From positions 32,001 to 96,000 of the forward strand of contig JAEHCQ010000001.1 in assembly GCA_020696385.1 (NCBI GenBank): DNA of 64,000 bases, read 5' to 3'. Under the pieces are notes generated by a model. It was not told the origin of the DNA, did not search any database, and saw only the letters and a list, made by a program, of their open reading frames with translations. Each line of letters starts with the position of its first letter. The stretch's first letter is position 1. The position numbers and the translations under genes were made by a program. This document shows positions 53,601-64,000 of the stretch, piece after piece. The stretch comes from Methanobacteriota archaeon (GTDB lineage: Archaea > Thermoplasmatota > Thermoplasmata > SG8-5 > JAGLSY01).

Positions 53601-56600
53601 ATTGTAAGAATCATAACCAACTGCAGTGAATGACTGGGTATCTCCAACTTGTAGTGAGACTGGATCTGGTAGAACTATGATATGATCGATAGCTCCATAG
53701 ACGATATCGACATTCGAAACTCCACTTATGCTACCATTGGTCGCGGTTACATTACCAGAACCAGGGGCTGAAGAGGCGGTGAAGAGACCAGTGGCATCCA
53801 CGGAGCCAATGTCCGCACTCCAGGAGAACTCGACACCAACGATCACATTATCATACACATCATAGGCTATTGCGGTGAATAGTTGAGTAGAGCCTACGAT
53901 GACACTGGCCGGAGATGGTAGAACATCAATATGATCCATGATATTAGGAACAATATCGACCACGGCGGAATAGCTGGAAGAGTCGTTAGTGGCTGTCACA
54001 ATACCAGTTCCGATCATGGTCTGGGCAGTAAATAGACCAGTACCATCGACAGTGCCGACATCGGAGGTCCATATGAACTCAACACCCACTATGACATTGT
54101 CAAGGGAATCGTAGGCAGTTGCGATGAATTGCTGAGTATTGCCAGCAGCGATAGAGATCGGATCAGGAACTATCAATATATGGTCGATATTCCCAATTAC
54201 CACATCCACGATTACGGAACCACTGGCGGTTCCATTGCTAACAGTGACTGAACCGATTCCTGGAGTGGTGAAACTCATGAAGAAGCCGGTGGCATTGATA
54301 GTGCCTACATCGGAGGTCCATATAAGATCCGCACTTGGCACAAGATTATTGAAGATATCGTAGGCAATAGCAGTGAACTGCTGGCTGGCATCAACAACAA
54401 TGACCAGAGAATCCGGGGAAATATCTATATGATCGACAAGACCAGGAACTATCGTGACAATGGCAGTGTCACTGATCGTACCATTGGTGGCTGTCACGAC
54501 ACCAGTACCCGGTGTGGTCTGGGCGATAAAGTTACCAGAAGCGATGGTACCAATATCAGAGGACCAAACGAAAGTCGTCCCAGGGATCACATTATTGTAA
54601 ACATCATAAGCAATAGCTGAGAAGGACTTCGTAGCTCCAGCCATCACAGTCACAGGGTTCGGAAGAACCTCGATATGGTCAACAGCACCTGGGATGATAT
54701 TCACAATGGCCGAATCGGAGATCGTGCCATTGGTAGCTGTGACAATGCCAGTGCCTGTCATTGCCTGGGCGGTGAATAGGCCAGTTGCGTCGATAGTACC
54801 GACATCAGTGCTCCAATCACGATCAGCGTTCGGGATGATATTATTGTAAACATCGTAAAGAATGATCGTGAATTGTTGAGTTTCACCTGCAACAATATCG
54901 ATCGGATTAGGAAGGACCTCGATATGATCAAGGCTATCTATCAAGATCTCAAGATCAGACTGGCCGCTTATGGTTCCATTGGTCGCGGTGACTGAACCAG
55001 TTCCTGGTGTTGTCCGAGCGGTGAATAGGCCAGTTACATCGATAGTACCAGCATCTGTACTCCACACAAATCCAATACCGGCGATGACATTGTCATAGAT
55101 ATCATATCCAGATGCGGTGAAGGTCTGATCATCACCAACAATTACAGTTGCAGGGTCTGGCATGACCTCGATATGGTCAAGTGGACCTGGAACTATATTG
55201 ACGTCTGCGAAATTGGAGATCGTTTCATTCACAGCAGTGACAGTTCCGGCCCCCGGAACTGTCACTGCTGTGAATAATCCACTATTATCAACAGTACCCA
55301 GATCGGTGGACCAATCATAACCAATACCAACTATCACATTATCGTAGACATCGTAGGCAGTGGCAGTGAAGACCAACGAAGCTCCTGCTACTATGGTCTT
55401 CGGATCTGGAGTAACAAGAATATGATCTAGAGCGCCAGGAACTATATTGACCGTCGAAGATGAGCTTACAGAACCATTGGTAGCGGCCACATATCCGCTA
55501 CCTGGAATGGTCTGAGCGGTGAAAGACCCTGATGCATCTACCAGGCCAGCATCAGTTGTCCAGATAAGATCCACGCCAGTGATCTCATTATTGTAAACAT
55601 CATAGGCCATGGCCATAAATAGTTGGACATCGCCAACGATAATAGTTGCCGTTGCCGGAGACAATACGATATGATGTACAGGACCGACAATGATTGTTAC
55701 ATCTGCTGTATCACTGATTGTGCCATTGGTAGCAGTTACAGTTCCAGTGCCTGGGGTGGTCTGGGCGGTAAGAAGACCTGCGACATCGATAACACCGACA
55801 TCGGTGGACCAGTCAAATCCAATGCCTGTTATCTCATTATTGTAAACATCATAAGCTATCGCGGAGAATAATCTAGCTTCGCCCACTACCACAGTTACAG
55901 GATCTGGCATAACCCCGATATGATCAAGAGCACCAGGAGTAAGAGTGATAGGTACGGAGCACTCGACTGAACCATTGGATGCGGTGACCACACCAGTACC
56001 TGAAATTATCTGGGCGGTGAAGGATCCTGCGACATCGATAATTCCAATATCAGTGCCCCATACAAGATCCACACCTGGAATGATATTATCATAAGCATCA
56101 TAGACCACTGCAGAGAAAGACTGTGTGGTTCCAACAAGCATGCTGACCGTATTAGGTGTAACGACTATGTGATCCACAGCACCAAGAACGACAAACACAT
56201 TGGCCACATCGCTGACCGTACCATTGGTAGCGGTCACGATACCGGTTCCTGGAACTGTCTGGGCAATGAACTCGCCGATGGAATTTATGGAGCCAATATC
56301 AGTGCTCCAGATAAAGTCCGCATTGGGGACGATATTATTGTAGATATCATAGGCAGTTGCAGTGAAAGCCAGTAATTCACCAACAGGCACAGTACAAGGA
56401 TCTGGACCCAGGATGATATGATCTATCGGGCCAGGTATGACATCGACAAGAGCGACTGAGCTGATAGTGCCATTGGAAGCGGTCACGGTTCCGGAGGCTG
56501 TGATGCTCTGGGCTGTGAAGTTTCCAGTAGCATCGATGGTACCGATATTGGTTGTCCAATCAAAACCAATACCAGATAAGGCATTGTTGAATTGATCGAA

Positions 56601-59600
56601 GGCAATGGCCACAAATGTCTTGGTGTCGTCAACGACAACATTGAAGACATCGGGTATGACGACTATGTGATGGATAGAGCCAGGAATGACAATGACACTG
56701 GCCAGACCAGAGACTGTGCCATTGGTCGCTGTCACAGTTCCAATACCAGTGAACGTCGGGGCAGTGAGGTCACCGGAACCATCAATGGTTCCGATATCAG
56801 TACTCCAGGTGAAAGTCACACCAGAGATAGGATTATCAAATTCATCATATGCAATTGCTGTGAATGTCCGAGTTTCTCCGACCTCCACCATACCAGGATT
56901 TGGCAGAACGATGATATGATCGATGGTCAGGATCACATCAATACCAGCTACACCGGAGATGGTGCCATTGGTGGCAGTTATCGTACCAGAACCAAGGGTG
57001 GATTGTGCAGTGAAGAAGCCAGTGGCATCCACGGAGCCAATATTCGTGCTCCAGGTGAAAGTCACGCCAGGGATCTCATTATTGTAAATATCATAGGCAG
57101 TGGCGATGAACAAGTGGCTGGCATCGATAATTATACTTGCGGGATCTGGGGTTATCATGATATGGTCTATCGGTCCGATGACCGTAGTGACTGTCGCAGA
57201 GGCACTTACAGAGCCATTGAAAGCGGTGATGGAGCCAGTTCCAGGAATGGTCTGAGCGGTCAGAAGACCAGTACCATCGACAGAACCAATATCCGTGCTC
57301 CAATCAAAGATTATGCCAGATATCTCATTATCGTAAACATCATAACCAAGGGCAGTGAATAGCTGGGTTCCGCCCACAACGATATCCGAGGGGTCAGGGG
57401 CCACGATAATGTGGTCTAGTTCTCCAGCGACCACATTTACAATCGCAGACCCGGAGATGGTACCATTGGTCGCGATCGCAGAGCCAGTTCCAGGAACCGT
57501 CTGCGTGGTCAAAAGACCAGCGGCATCGATAGAACCAATATCCGTACTCCAGGTGAAGTCAATGCCCGGTATCTCATTATTGTAAATATCGAAGGCGGCG
57601 GCAGTGAAGGATTGATCATCACCAACCGCGATAGTGATTGGGGTTGGATCAACAATTATGTGATCGATCGGTCCTATTATGATATCGACCGTGGCAGAAT
57701 ATGTCACCGTGCCATTGATAGCTGAAACAATTCCAATTCCTGGGACGGTCTGGGCAGTTAGCAAGCCAAAGATATCGATCGATCCAATATCTGTCGCCCA
57801 GATGACATCGGTCGCAGGTAGTGGATTGTCGTACATATCATAACCAGTGGCTGTGAAGACCTGTTGGGTTCCAACTATCACCGTGGCGGGATCTGGACTT
57901 ATGGTCAAGTGATCAAGAGCTCCGATAATGATAGTGATATCTGCTGAATCACTTATTGTGCTGTTCATGGCAGATATGATTCCAATACCTGGAGTTGTAT
58001 CAGCAGTGAACAGACCAGTATCATCAACAGAGCCTACATCGGTTGTCCAGATAAAGTCAACGCCGGGTATGGCATTGTTGTAAACATCATAGGCCATGGC
58101 CGTGAATTGTAAATTGCTTCCAACGACCACGGTAGATGGATCTGGCATAACAACAATATGATCGATACTTCCAGGCAGGACATTCACGGTAGATGAATAG
58201 CTGGCAGAACCATTGGTCGCGGTCACTATACCAGTTCCTGATATGGTCTGTGCCGTGAACAGGCCAGAAGTATCGACCGAGCCAATATCCGTGCTCCAGT
58301 CGAAAGTAACTCCAGAAACCACATTTCCATAAACATCGAAAGCAACGGCAGTGAATGCCTGAGTGCCTCCGACAACGAGTGAAACGGGATCTTGGAGCAT
58401 CACGATGGAGTCTATGGCTCCGGCAATGATGATCACGGTCGCGGAACCTGAGACCGTTCCATTGGTAGCTGTAACAACTCCAATGCCCAATGCGATCTGG
58501 GCAGTGAAGAATCCAGTAGCATCCACCGAACCGATATCCGTGCTCCAGGTTAGGTCGATACCGACTATCGGATTATTGAAAGAATCATAAGCGGTGGCTG
58601 TGAATGTTTGTGTTTCACCAGCCACGATCGAAACCGGATCAGGCATAACAACAATATGATCGATGGTCACAGAGAATACATCAACGACAGCAGAACCAGA
58701 GACCGTTCCATTGGTAGCTGTAACAACTCCAATGCCCGGTATCATCTGAGCGGTGAATGATCCGCTTGCACCAATGGAGCCGACATCCGTGCTCCAAACA
58801 AAGTCAACTCCCATGATCTCATTATTGAGGATATCATAAGCGGTGGCTGTGAAGGATCTGGAGGTCCCGACTATTAAAGATACGGGATCTGGCAGAACCA
58901 CAATATGATCTATCACTACATCGATGACATCGACAATTACAGAATAAGACACGGTTCCATTGGTTGCCGTGACACTTCCTGTTCCAGGTGATGACTGGGC
59001 CGTGAGCTGGCCAGTCATATCTATTATTCCAATATCAGTGCTCCAGACAAGGTCAATACCAGATATCTCATTATTATAAACATCATAGGTCTGGGCAGTG
59101 AATGCCAGGTTACCATTCACGATTATACTTACTGGGTCTGGAGTGACCACGATATGGTCAAGAGCCCCTACCAATATCTGCACACTCGCACTATCAGATA
59201 TCGCACCGCTGGTTGCGGTCACTGTGCCAACTCCAGGAGTTGTCTGGGCTGTGAAATAGCCTGTTGAATTGACAAAGCCAGCATCAGTGGCCCATGTGAA
59301 GAAAGTGCCACTTATGGGATTATTGTAGATATCATAAGCAATGGCAGTGAATTGGACATCACTGCCAACCATTGTCGATACAGGGTCTGGCAATACGATG
59401 ATATGATCCATACTGCCCACGATGATCGTGACCGAAGCAGAATCACTCAATGTTCCATTCGATGCGGTCACAATTCCCACCCCCGTGGTGGTCTGAGCTA
59501 TAAGCATGCCACTGATACCGATAGAACCAACATCAGTGGTCCAGATAAGATCCGCACCTGAAATTGCATTATTATAGATATCATAGACCGTGGCCGCGAA

Positions 59601-62600
59601 AGCCTGGAAGGTTCCAGCCTCGACAGTGGCCGGGTCTGGTGATACTATGATATGATCTGGAGCTCCAGGGATGACATTGACAGTTGCCGAATAGCTTACA
59701 GTTCCATTGGTCGCGGTCACAATACCGATCCCTGCCGTGGTCTGAGCAGTGAGGAGGCCGGACATATCCACAGAACCAATATTTGTCGTCCATACGAAGT
59801 TCATACCTGATATTTGATTATTGTAAATGTCATAGCCAGTTGCTACGAATACCTGAGTCTGACCAACTATCACCGTCGCTGGATCGGGTAAGATAATGAT
59901 ATGATCCAGCTCATCTGTGATGATGTCAACAACCGCGGAATACGAGATCGTACCATTTGTGGCAGTCACGATTCCCGAACCTGGCAGGGTCTGGGCAGTT
60001 AATTGACCATTTTGATCAATGGATCCTATGTCTGTCGTCCATACGAAGGCCATACCCGGGATCTCATTATCGAAGATATCATAGCCAATTGCAATAAAGG
60101 ACTGGCTATGTCCTGCTATTATGGTGATCGGATCAGGCAGGACGATGATGTGATCCAATGAACCGGGGATCACATTCACAATGGCAGAATCATTGATCGT
60201 GCCGTTCATTGCCATGATGGTTCCAGCACCTGGAATCGTCATGGCAGTGAACTGACCAGATGCGTCAATAAAGCCCACATCCGTTGTCCATGTGAAGGAC
60301 ACGCCTGGTATGATATTATTAGATAAATCATAGGCAACCGCAGTGAATACCTGAACGCCTCCTGCGAAGATGGTGACTGGATCCGGTGTGACGATGATAT
60401 GATCGACCATCGCGATGATTATATTGACATTCGCAGAACCGGATACGGTTCCATTTGTTGCAGTAACCGAGCCTGTTGCGGGGGATGATTGAGCTGTGAA
60501 ATAACCGGTCTCATTCACAGAGCCAATACCTGTGGACCAGGTGAATTCAACACCGGGTATCTCATTATTATAGATATCATAGGCAACTGCACTGAAAGGT
60601 GCCTCTCCATCAATGATCATGGTGATCGGTGTGGGTGAAACAATTATGTGATCTACAGGACCCAATATTATTTCGATACTGGCATTGGCCAAGATGCCAC
60701 CGCTGACAACATTAATAATACCCATTCCTGGGGTCGACTGGGCTGCCAGATATCCTGTGGAATTTATCACACCGACATCGGTACTCCAGCTCATTGGAGC
60801 ATTTGAAATGACATTGTTATAGACATCGTAGGCAGTGGCTGTGAATTGATAGAACTCACCCACTGTCACAATAGCTGGATCTGGTAATATGATGATATGA
60901 TCAACTGGGCCAGCGATGATGTCTATGACAGCAACACCAGCCACACTGCCATTTGTGGCTGTGGCAATTCCTGAGCCGGGTACTGTCTGGGCAGTGTACA
61001 GACCGAATGAGTCCATGGAGCCCACATCAGTGGTCCAGGTGAAAATCACACCCGGAATAAAGTTATTATAGATATCATAAGCCATGGCCACGAAGGACTG
61101 ATTATCACCAACAGCGATAGTGGCTGGGTCGGGCATCACCATGATATGATCGACTGGGCCCAGTATGATATTCACAATTACGGAATAACTTACTGTACCA
61201 TTCTCGGCAGTGACCGTCCCAGAGCCTGGGATGGTAGGTGCGGTGAATTGGCCATTGCCATTTATTGCACCAATTGTCGTGGACCAATTGAATTCAACAC
61301 CAGATAGAACATTATTGAAGACATCATATGCTATACCGATGAAGGATTGTGTACCTCCCACGGTCACCGTGGCTGGGTCGGGCACGACGATGATATGGTC
61401 GATGCCGGCATTGATAACATCAATATCTGCAGAATCCGAGAAAGTTCCATTGATAGCGGTTATTGTTCCAATTCCTGGTGAGTTCTGAGCAGTGAAATAA
61501 CCAGTTGCATTCACAGATCCAACATTTGTTATCCATACAAAATCCACTCCGGATATAGGATTATTGAAGATATCATAGGCAATAGCTGTGAATTGAAGGT
61601 CTCCATTGATTATCACATTCACTGGATCAGGAGTGACCATTATGTGGTCCAATGCCCCAGGTATTATGTCTACCAAAGCAGTGCCAGTGACCGAACCACT
61701 CGTGGCATTGACAAAGCCAGTTTGCGGAACAGTGAATGCTGTGAAGAATCCTGTTGAGTTCACAACACCCAGACTAGTGTTCCAAAAGAAGGAAACTCCA
61801 GGGATCGTATTATTGTAAGCATCATAGGCAGTGGCTGTGAACTGCTGGAAATCACCAACAGTGATCGATGCGGGGTTAGGAAGCACGATGATGTGATCCA
61901 GATCACCTACGATCACATTCACATTTGATGAATCGCTGAATGTTCCGTTCATTGCTGATACAATCCCAGTGCCGGGAGTTGTATCGGCAATGAAACTACC
62001 AAATGCATCGACAGAACCAATATCCGTGGACCATGTGAAAACCACACCGATGATAATATTGTTGTAAGCATCATAGGCCGTGGCAGTGAAGGACTGAAGA
62101 TCGCCAACAGTGATGTTCAGTAGATCTGGCGTGATATCCACCCTATCAATTGCCCCGGCTACGATATTGACAATGGCCGTGCTCGTGACAGTTCCATTGG
62201 CCGCAGTGACGACCCCAGAGCCTGAAATGGTCTGGGCTGTGAAAAGACCTGCATTGTCGATCGAGCCAACATCCGTGCTCCATATGAGGCCAACTCCTGG
62301 AATTGAATTATTATAGACATCATAAGCAGTTGCGGTGAAAGACTGGGTCTGGCCAACTACAATGGTCACAGGATCGGGTACAATGACGATATGATCGATC
62401 GGGCCCTGTATGATCGTGATGCTGGAGGTTCCAGATACTGAGCCATTAGTGGCCGATACTATTCCTGTGCCAGGAATTGTATCGGACATTAGCAGACCAG
62501 ATGCGTCCACTGAACCGATATCCGTCGTCCATGAGAATACAAGACCTGCGATAGTGTTATTGTAAATATCATAGCCAGTCGCAGTAAAGGCCTGAGTATC

Positions 62601-64000
62601 GCCAACGATCATGGTCAATGGATCTGGAGATACCACGATATGGTCAAGGGAGCCTGCCACTATCTGCACAGTGGCAGAGGCATTTATCGTGCCATTCATT
62701 GCCATGACATATCCACTACTGGGGATCGTCTGGGCGATGAACTGACCGGATGCATCCACGGATCCGGAATCCGTTGTCCAGACAAAGTCAATACCGGGCA
62801 TGATATTATTGTAAATATCAAAGCCAATAGCGGTAAATAGCAGGGTGTCTCCAGCCTCAACGATAGCTGTGTTCGGCACGATGCTGATATGATCGAGAGC
62901 TCCAATTAAGATCTCCACATTGGAAGTTCCGCTCATCGTATCATTGGTCGCGGTCACCAAGCCTATTCCTGGAGTGGTTCCTGCAGTGAAATAACCAGTT
63001 GCATTTATGGTTCCAATATCAGTGGTCCAGACAAAATCATAGCCTGGCATGATATTGTTGTAAACGTCATAGGCAATTGCCGTAAATTGCCTAGTTCCTC
63101 CTACGATGATGTTCAATGGATCAGGGGTCACATCGATATGATCCACAACACCCATGGTTATTTCCACATTGGCAGTTGCTGATACTCCTCCGCTTGTGGC
63201 ATTGACCCAGCCGATTGCTGGATTTGTCTGAGCAGTGAACCAGCCAGTTGCATTTGCAACCCCCACAGTCGTACTCCAAAGGATTGTCGCATCAGGTATG
63301 AGATTATTGTAAACATCATAGGCAGTTGCCGTGAACTGAGTGCTCTCACCAACAGTCACATTGACAAGGATCGGAGTGATTATCATGGAATCAACAGGCC
63401 CAACGACAATGTCCACGCTGGCAGTATCAGAAACAGAGCCATTGGTCGCTGTCACGATGCCAGAGCCAGGAGTGGTCTGGGCAGTGAAGAGGCCGAAGCC
63501 ATCTATTGAACCAGAATCCGTGGTCCAGATGAGATCCACTCCCAATACTACATTATTGAAAGTATCATAGCAAATGGCAGTGAAAGCATTGGTCTCACCC
63601 ACCACCACGGTTGTCGTGTCTGGAGATATGATGATATAAGCCAATGCACCTGCCGCGACACTCACCGTGGCGGAGTATGTCACTGTATTGTTCCTGGCAG
63701 TGACTATTCCAACTTCGGGTAATGCCTGGGCTGTGAAAAGACCAGATGCATCTATTGTTCCCACGTCCGTGGTCCAGGTGAAATCCACACCTGAAAGAAC
63801 ATTGTTAAAGACATCGTAGGCAATTGCGGTAAAGGTCTGTGTGCCTCCGACCATGACTGAAACAGGATCTGGATTAACAATGATGTGATCGACAGACCCG
63901 GTAACGACATCGACTACCGCGGTGGCCGATACAGAGCCATTGGTAGCTGAAACAATGCCTGCGCCAGGTACGGTCTGGGCAGTTAGAGTGCCAGTTCCAT
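50619..64000 (-). CDS. Giant surface protein with tandem ~83-aa Ig-like (Big_2-like) repeats, a GWNL-type C-terminal domain and TM anchor (5' end beyond the window)
   Basis: Repeat unit DHIxVxPDP...FTAxxYDxYxN...WSTDIGSID.xGxFTAQT.PGxGxVTATNGT. The frame stays open from 63854 to 64000. C-terminal GWNLISIP/GWNLIGYP domain, then TM and a charged tail. Confidence 0.9.
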   Translation of the reverse strand, partial: GTGTLTAQTVPGAGIVSATNGSVSATAVVDVVTGSVDHIIVNPDPVSVMVGGTQTFTAIAYDVFNNVLSGVDFTWTTDVGTIDASGLFTAQALPEVGIVTARNNTVTYSATVSVAAGALAYIIISPDTTTVVVGETNAFTAICYDTFNNVVLGVDLIWTTDSGSIDGFGLFTAQTTPGSGIVTATNGSVSDTASVDIVVGPVDSMIITPILVNVTVGESTQFTATAYDVYNNLIPDATILWSTTVGVANATGWFTAQTNPAIGWVNATSGGVSATANVEITMGVVDHIDVTPDPLNIIVGGTRQFTAIAYDVYNNIMPGYDFVWTTDIGTINATGYFTAGTTPGIGLVTATNDTMSGTSNVEILIGALDHISIVPNTAIVEAGDTLLFTAIGFDIYNNIMPGIDFVWTTDSGSVDASGQFIAQTIPSSGYVMAMNGTINASATVQIVAGSLDHIVVSPDPLTMIVGDTQAFTATGYDIYNNTIAGLVFSWTTDIGSVDASGLLMSDTIPGTGIVSATNGSVSGTSSITIIQGPIDHIVIVPDPVTIVVGQTQSFTATAYDVYNNSIPGVGLIWSTDVGSIDNAGLFTAQTISGSGVVTAANGTVTSTAIVNIVAGAIDRVDITPDLLNITVGDLQSFTATAYDAYNNIIIGVVFTWSTDIGSVDAFGSFIADTTPGTGIVSAMNGTFSDSSNVNVIVGDLDHIIVLPNPASITVGDFQQFTATAYDAYNNTIPGVSFFWNTSLGVVNSTGFFTAFTVPQTGFVNATSGSVTGTALVDIIPGALDHIMVTPDPVNVIINGDLQFTAIAYDIFNNPISGVDFVWITNVGSVNATGYFTAQNSPGIGTITAINGTFSDSADIDVINAGIDHIIVVPDPATVTVGGTQSFIGIAYDVFNNVLSGVEFNWSTTIGAINGNGQFTAPTIPGSGTVTAENGTVSYSVIVNIILGPVDHIMVMPDPATIAVGDNQSFVAMAYDIYNNFIPGVIFTWTTDVGSMDSFGLYTAQTVPGSGIATATNGSVAGVAVIDIIAGPVDHIIILPDPAIVTVGEFYQFTATAYDVYNNVISNAPMSWSTDVGVINSTGYLAAQSTPGMGIINVVSGGILANASIEIILGPVDHIIVSPTPITMIIDGEAPFSAVAYDIYNNEIPGVEFTWSTGIGSVNETGYFTAQSSPATGSVTATNGTVSGSANVNIIIAMVDHIIVTPDPVTIFAGGVQVFTAVAYDLSNNIIPGVSFTWTTDVGFIDASGQFTAMTIPGAGTIMAMNGTINDSAIVNVIPGSLDHIIVLPDPITIIAGHSQSFIAIGYDIFDNEIPGMAFVWTTDIGSIDQNGQLTAQTLPGSGIVTATNGTISYSAVVDIITDELDHIIILPDPATVIVGQTQVFVATGYDIYNNQISGMNFVWTTNIGSVDMSGLLTAQTTAGIGIVTATNGTVSYSATVNVIPGAPDHIIVSPDPATVEAGTFQAFAATVYDIYNNAISGADLIWTTDVGSIGISGMLIAQTTTGVGIVTASNGTLSDSASVTIIVGSMDHIIVLPDPVSTMVGSDVQFTAIAYDIYNNPISGTFFTWATDAGFVNSTGYFTAQTTPGVGTVTATSGAISDSASVQILVGALDHIVVTPDPVSIIVNGNLAFTAQTYDVYNNEISGIDLVWSTDIGIIDMTGQLTAQSSPGTGSVTATNGTVSYSVIVDVIDVVIDHIVVLPDPVSLIVGTSRSFTATAYDILNNEIMGVDFVWSTDVGSIGASGSFTAQMIPGIGVVTATNGTVSGSAVVDVFSVTIDHIVVMPDPVSIVAGETQTFTATAYDSFNNPIVGIDLTWSTDIGSVDATGFFTAQIALGIGVVTATNGTVSGSATVIIIAGAIDSIVMLQDPVSLVVGGTQAFTAVAFDVYGNVVSGVTFDWSTDIGSVDTSGLFTAQTISGTGIVTATNGSASYSSTVNVLPGSIDHIVVMPDPSTVVVGSNLQFTAMAYDVYNNAIPGVDFIWTTDVGSVDDTGLFTADTTPGIGIISAMNSTISDSADITIIIGALDHLTISPDPATVIVGTQQVFTATGYDMYDNPLPATDVIWATDIGSIDIFGLLTAQTVPGIGIVSAINGTVTYSATVDIIIGPIDHIIVDPTPITIAVGDDQSFTAAAFDIYNNEIPGIDFTWSTDIGSIDAAGLLTTQTVPGTGSAIATNGTISGSAIVNVVAGELDHIIVAPDPSDIVVGGTQLFTALGYDVYDNEISGIIFDWSTDIGSVDGTGLLTAQTIPGTGSITAFNGSVSASATVTTVIGPIDHIMITPDPASIIIDASHLFIATAYDIYNNEIPGVTFTWSTNIGSVDATGFFTAQSTLGSGTITATNGTISGVAGIDVILTIDHIIVLPNPGMVEVGETRTFTAIAYDEFDNPISGVTFTWSTDIGTIDGSGDLTAPTFTGIGTVTATNGTVSGLASVIVIPGSIHHIVVIPDVFNVVVDDTKTFVAIAFDQFNNALSGIGFDWTTNIGTIDATGNFTAQSITASGTVTASNGTISSVALVDVIPGPIDHIILGPDPCTVPVGELLAFTATAYDIYNNIVPNADFIWSTDIGSINSIGEFIAQTVPGTGIVTATNGTVSDVANVFVVLGAVDHIVVTPNTVSMLVGTTQSFSAVVYDAYDNIIPGVDLVWGTDIGIIDVAGSFTAQIISGTGVVTASNGSVECSVPITLTPGALDHIGVMPDPVTVVVGEARLFSAIAYDVYNNEITGIGFDWSTDVGVIDVAGLLTAQTTPGTGTVTATNGTISDTADVTIIVGPVHHIVLSPATATIIVGDVQLFMAMAYDVYNNEITGVDLIWTTDAGLVDASGSFTAQTIPGSGYVAATNGSVSSSSTVNIVPGALDHILVTPDPKTIVAGASLVFTATAYDVYDNVIVGIGYDWSTDLGTVDNSGLFTAVTVPGAGTVTAVNETISNFADVNIVPGPLDHIEVMPDPATVIVGDDQTFTASGYDIYDNVIAGIGFVWSTDAGTIDVTGLFTARTTPGTGSVTATNGTISGQSDLEILIDSLDHIEVLPNPIDIVAGETQQFTIILYDVYNNIIPNADRDWSTDVGTIDATGLFTAQAMTGTGIVTATNGTISDSAIVNIIPGAVDHIEVLPNPVTVMAGATKSFSAIAYDVYNNVIPGTTFVWSSDIGTIASGNFIAQTTPGTGVVTATNGTISDTAIVTIVPGLVDHIDISPDSLVIVVDASQQFTAIAYDIFNNLVPSADLIWTSDVGTINATGFFMSFTTPGIGSVTVSNGTASGSVIVDVVIGNIDHILIVPDPISIAAGNTQQFIATAYDSLDNVIVGVEFIWTSDVGTVDGTGLFTAQTMIGTGIVTATNDSSSYSAVVDIVPNIMDHIDVLPSPASVIVGSTQLFTAIAYDVYDNVIVGVEFSWSADIGSVDATGLFTASSAPGSGNVTATNGSISGVSNVDIVYGAIDHIIVLPDPVSLQVGDTQSFTAVGYDSYNNAIPGTVFTWTTNIGTIDGTGLFTARTTPGAGIVTATNNSVSYSVPITVFIGPLDHITVLPDPAAMIVDASLQLTAIAYDVYDNEIPGVVFTWNTNVGSIDASGLLTAQSITGSGTATATNGTISGFTVVDVMVGGIDHIQVTPNQVSIIVGSNMLFTAVAYDVMDNVIPGVDFIWSTDIGFVDAFGSFTAQTVPGTGIITATNDTFSYSVNITVTPGPIDHIVISPNSATVSVGDTQAFSAIAYDLYNNEISGVGFSWSTDVGSVDNSGLFLAQTIPGIGSVTATNGSVSDSVNVDVTIGSVDHIIMTPASLSLSVGGIGFFSAIAYDAYNNEIIGATFVWSTDIGSITATGIFTAQTTTGNGFVNVTFGAVTSSAVVDILPGSLDHISISPDPASVQVGDLQQFTATALDVYNNAIPGIGLVWASDVGSVDATGNFTAQIIPGMGSITVSNGTINASAVVNILIGDIDHIDITPNSISVVVGTLQSFSAVAYDQYNNVAIGASFTWITDVGSIGSTGLFTAQTITGSGVVTASLGFANVSALVTILPGAIDHIMISPGPLISIIVGGTVQFTATGYDIYNNVIPGLTFIWGTSIGAIDTNGLLTAQSTAGFGFIAALNSLVVGSTNADIVDISIDHIELTPSVLTIPVGLTQDFTGTAYDVFDNVILGVDFIWSTTVGTIDATGFFTAPMTPTSGTVTLSYGTLTDTSLVTVEQNRFTIDLDIGWNLISIPLIMSDTSILSVLSSISGDWDQVMYYNSTDTFDHWKSYSTSKPVALNDLFDIDHSMGFWINMISASTLNVSGDRPNNEHMTLHAGWNLIGYPTLNSTVTIGTALAGTGYDKIEGFNALSPYDLEALPDTHVMVPGAGYWVHVPSDIVWNVIMSVPSPVDMGMRNSLPDDISTRGGSDIDMASLIESPSTTSTSETDAFDDDTDIVAHYSMVTSGMMSMGTLAIIVLMALFVALYFNVLDRRNDKNQDRKWFRSENSLGKDD

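Noticed and set aside
56592-57362. Plus-strand ORFs inside the giant gene
   Set aside because: Antisense shadows of the repetitive coding sequence.
1-64000. tRNA/rRNA genes and amber (pyrrolysine) readthrough
   Set aside because: No tRNA cloverleaf with a T-loop consensus or rRNA-like tract was seen by eye; TAG stops fall at expected protein ends.

Overview
Archaeal chromosomal segment, most likely a Thermoplasmata member. This is inferred from TFB-Gar1, LSm-L37e, alpha2-type EndA, Pth2, archaeal TyrS/AspS and the style of the surface proteins. Most of the window is housekeeping genes: aspS, purP-like, pth2, tyrS, endA, tfb, tmk, psd/pss, argF, two purF paralogs, rpl37e and lsm. The notable accessory content has five parts. 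(1) A signalling-type cluster: a membrane TPR/zinc-ribbon protein, a KaiC-like ATPase and two tandem Rab-like small GTPases, with a STAND-type ATPase-TPR protein nearby that carries a longin/roadblock-like insert. (2) Three membrane-anchored beta-propeller surface proteins and their divergent wHTH regulator, all sharing a SHOCT-like motif that is also at the N-terminus of the TPR protein. (3) A >4,400-aa Ig-repeat surface protein cut by the window end. (4) At least four families of small repeated palindromic intergenic elements, some with compensatory base changes. (5) Three genes each followed by a diverged second copy of their own last codons plus stop. I saw no tRNA, rRNA, CRISPR array, transposase or integrase. 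All assignments are from motif recognition by eye, with no database searches.
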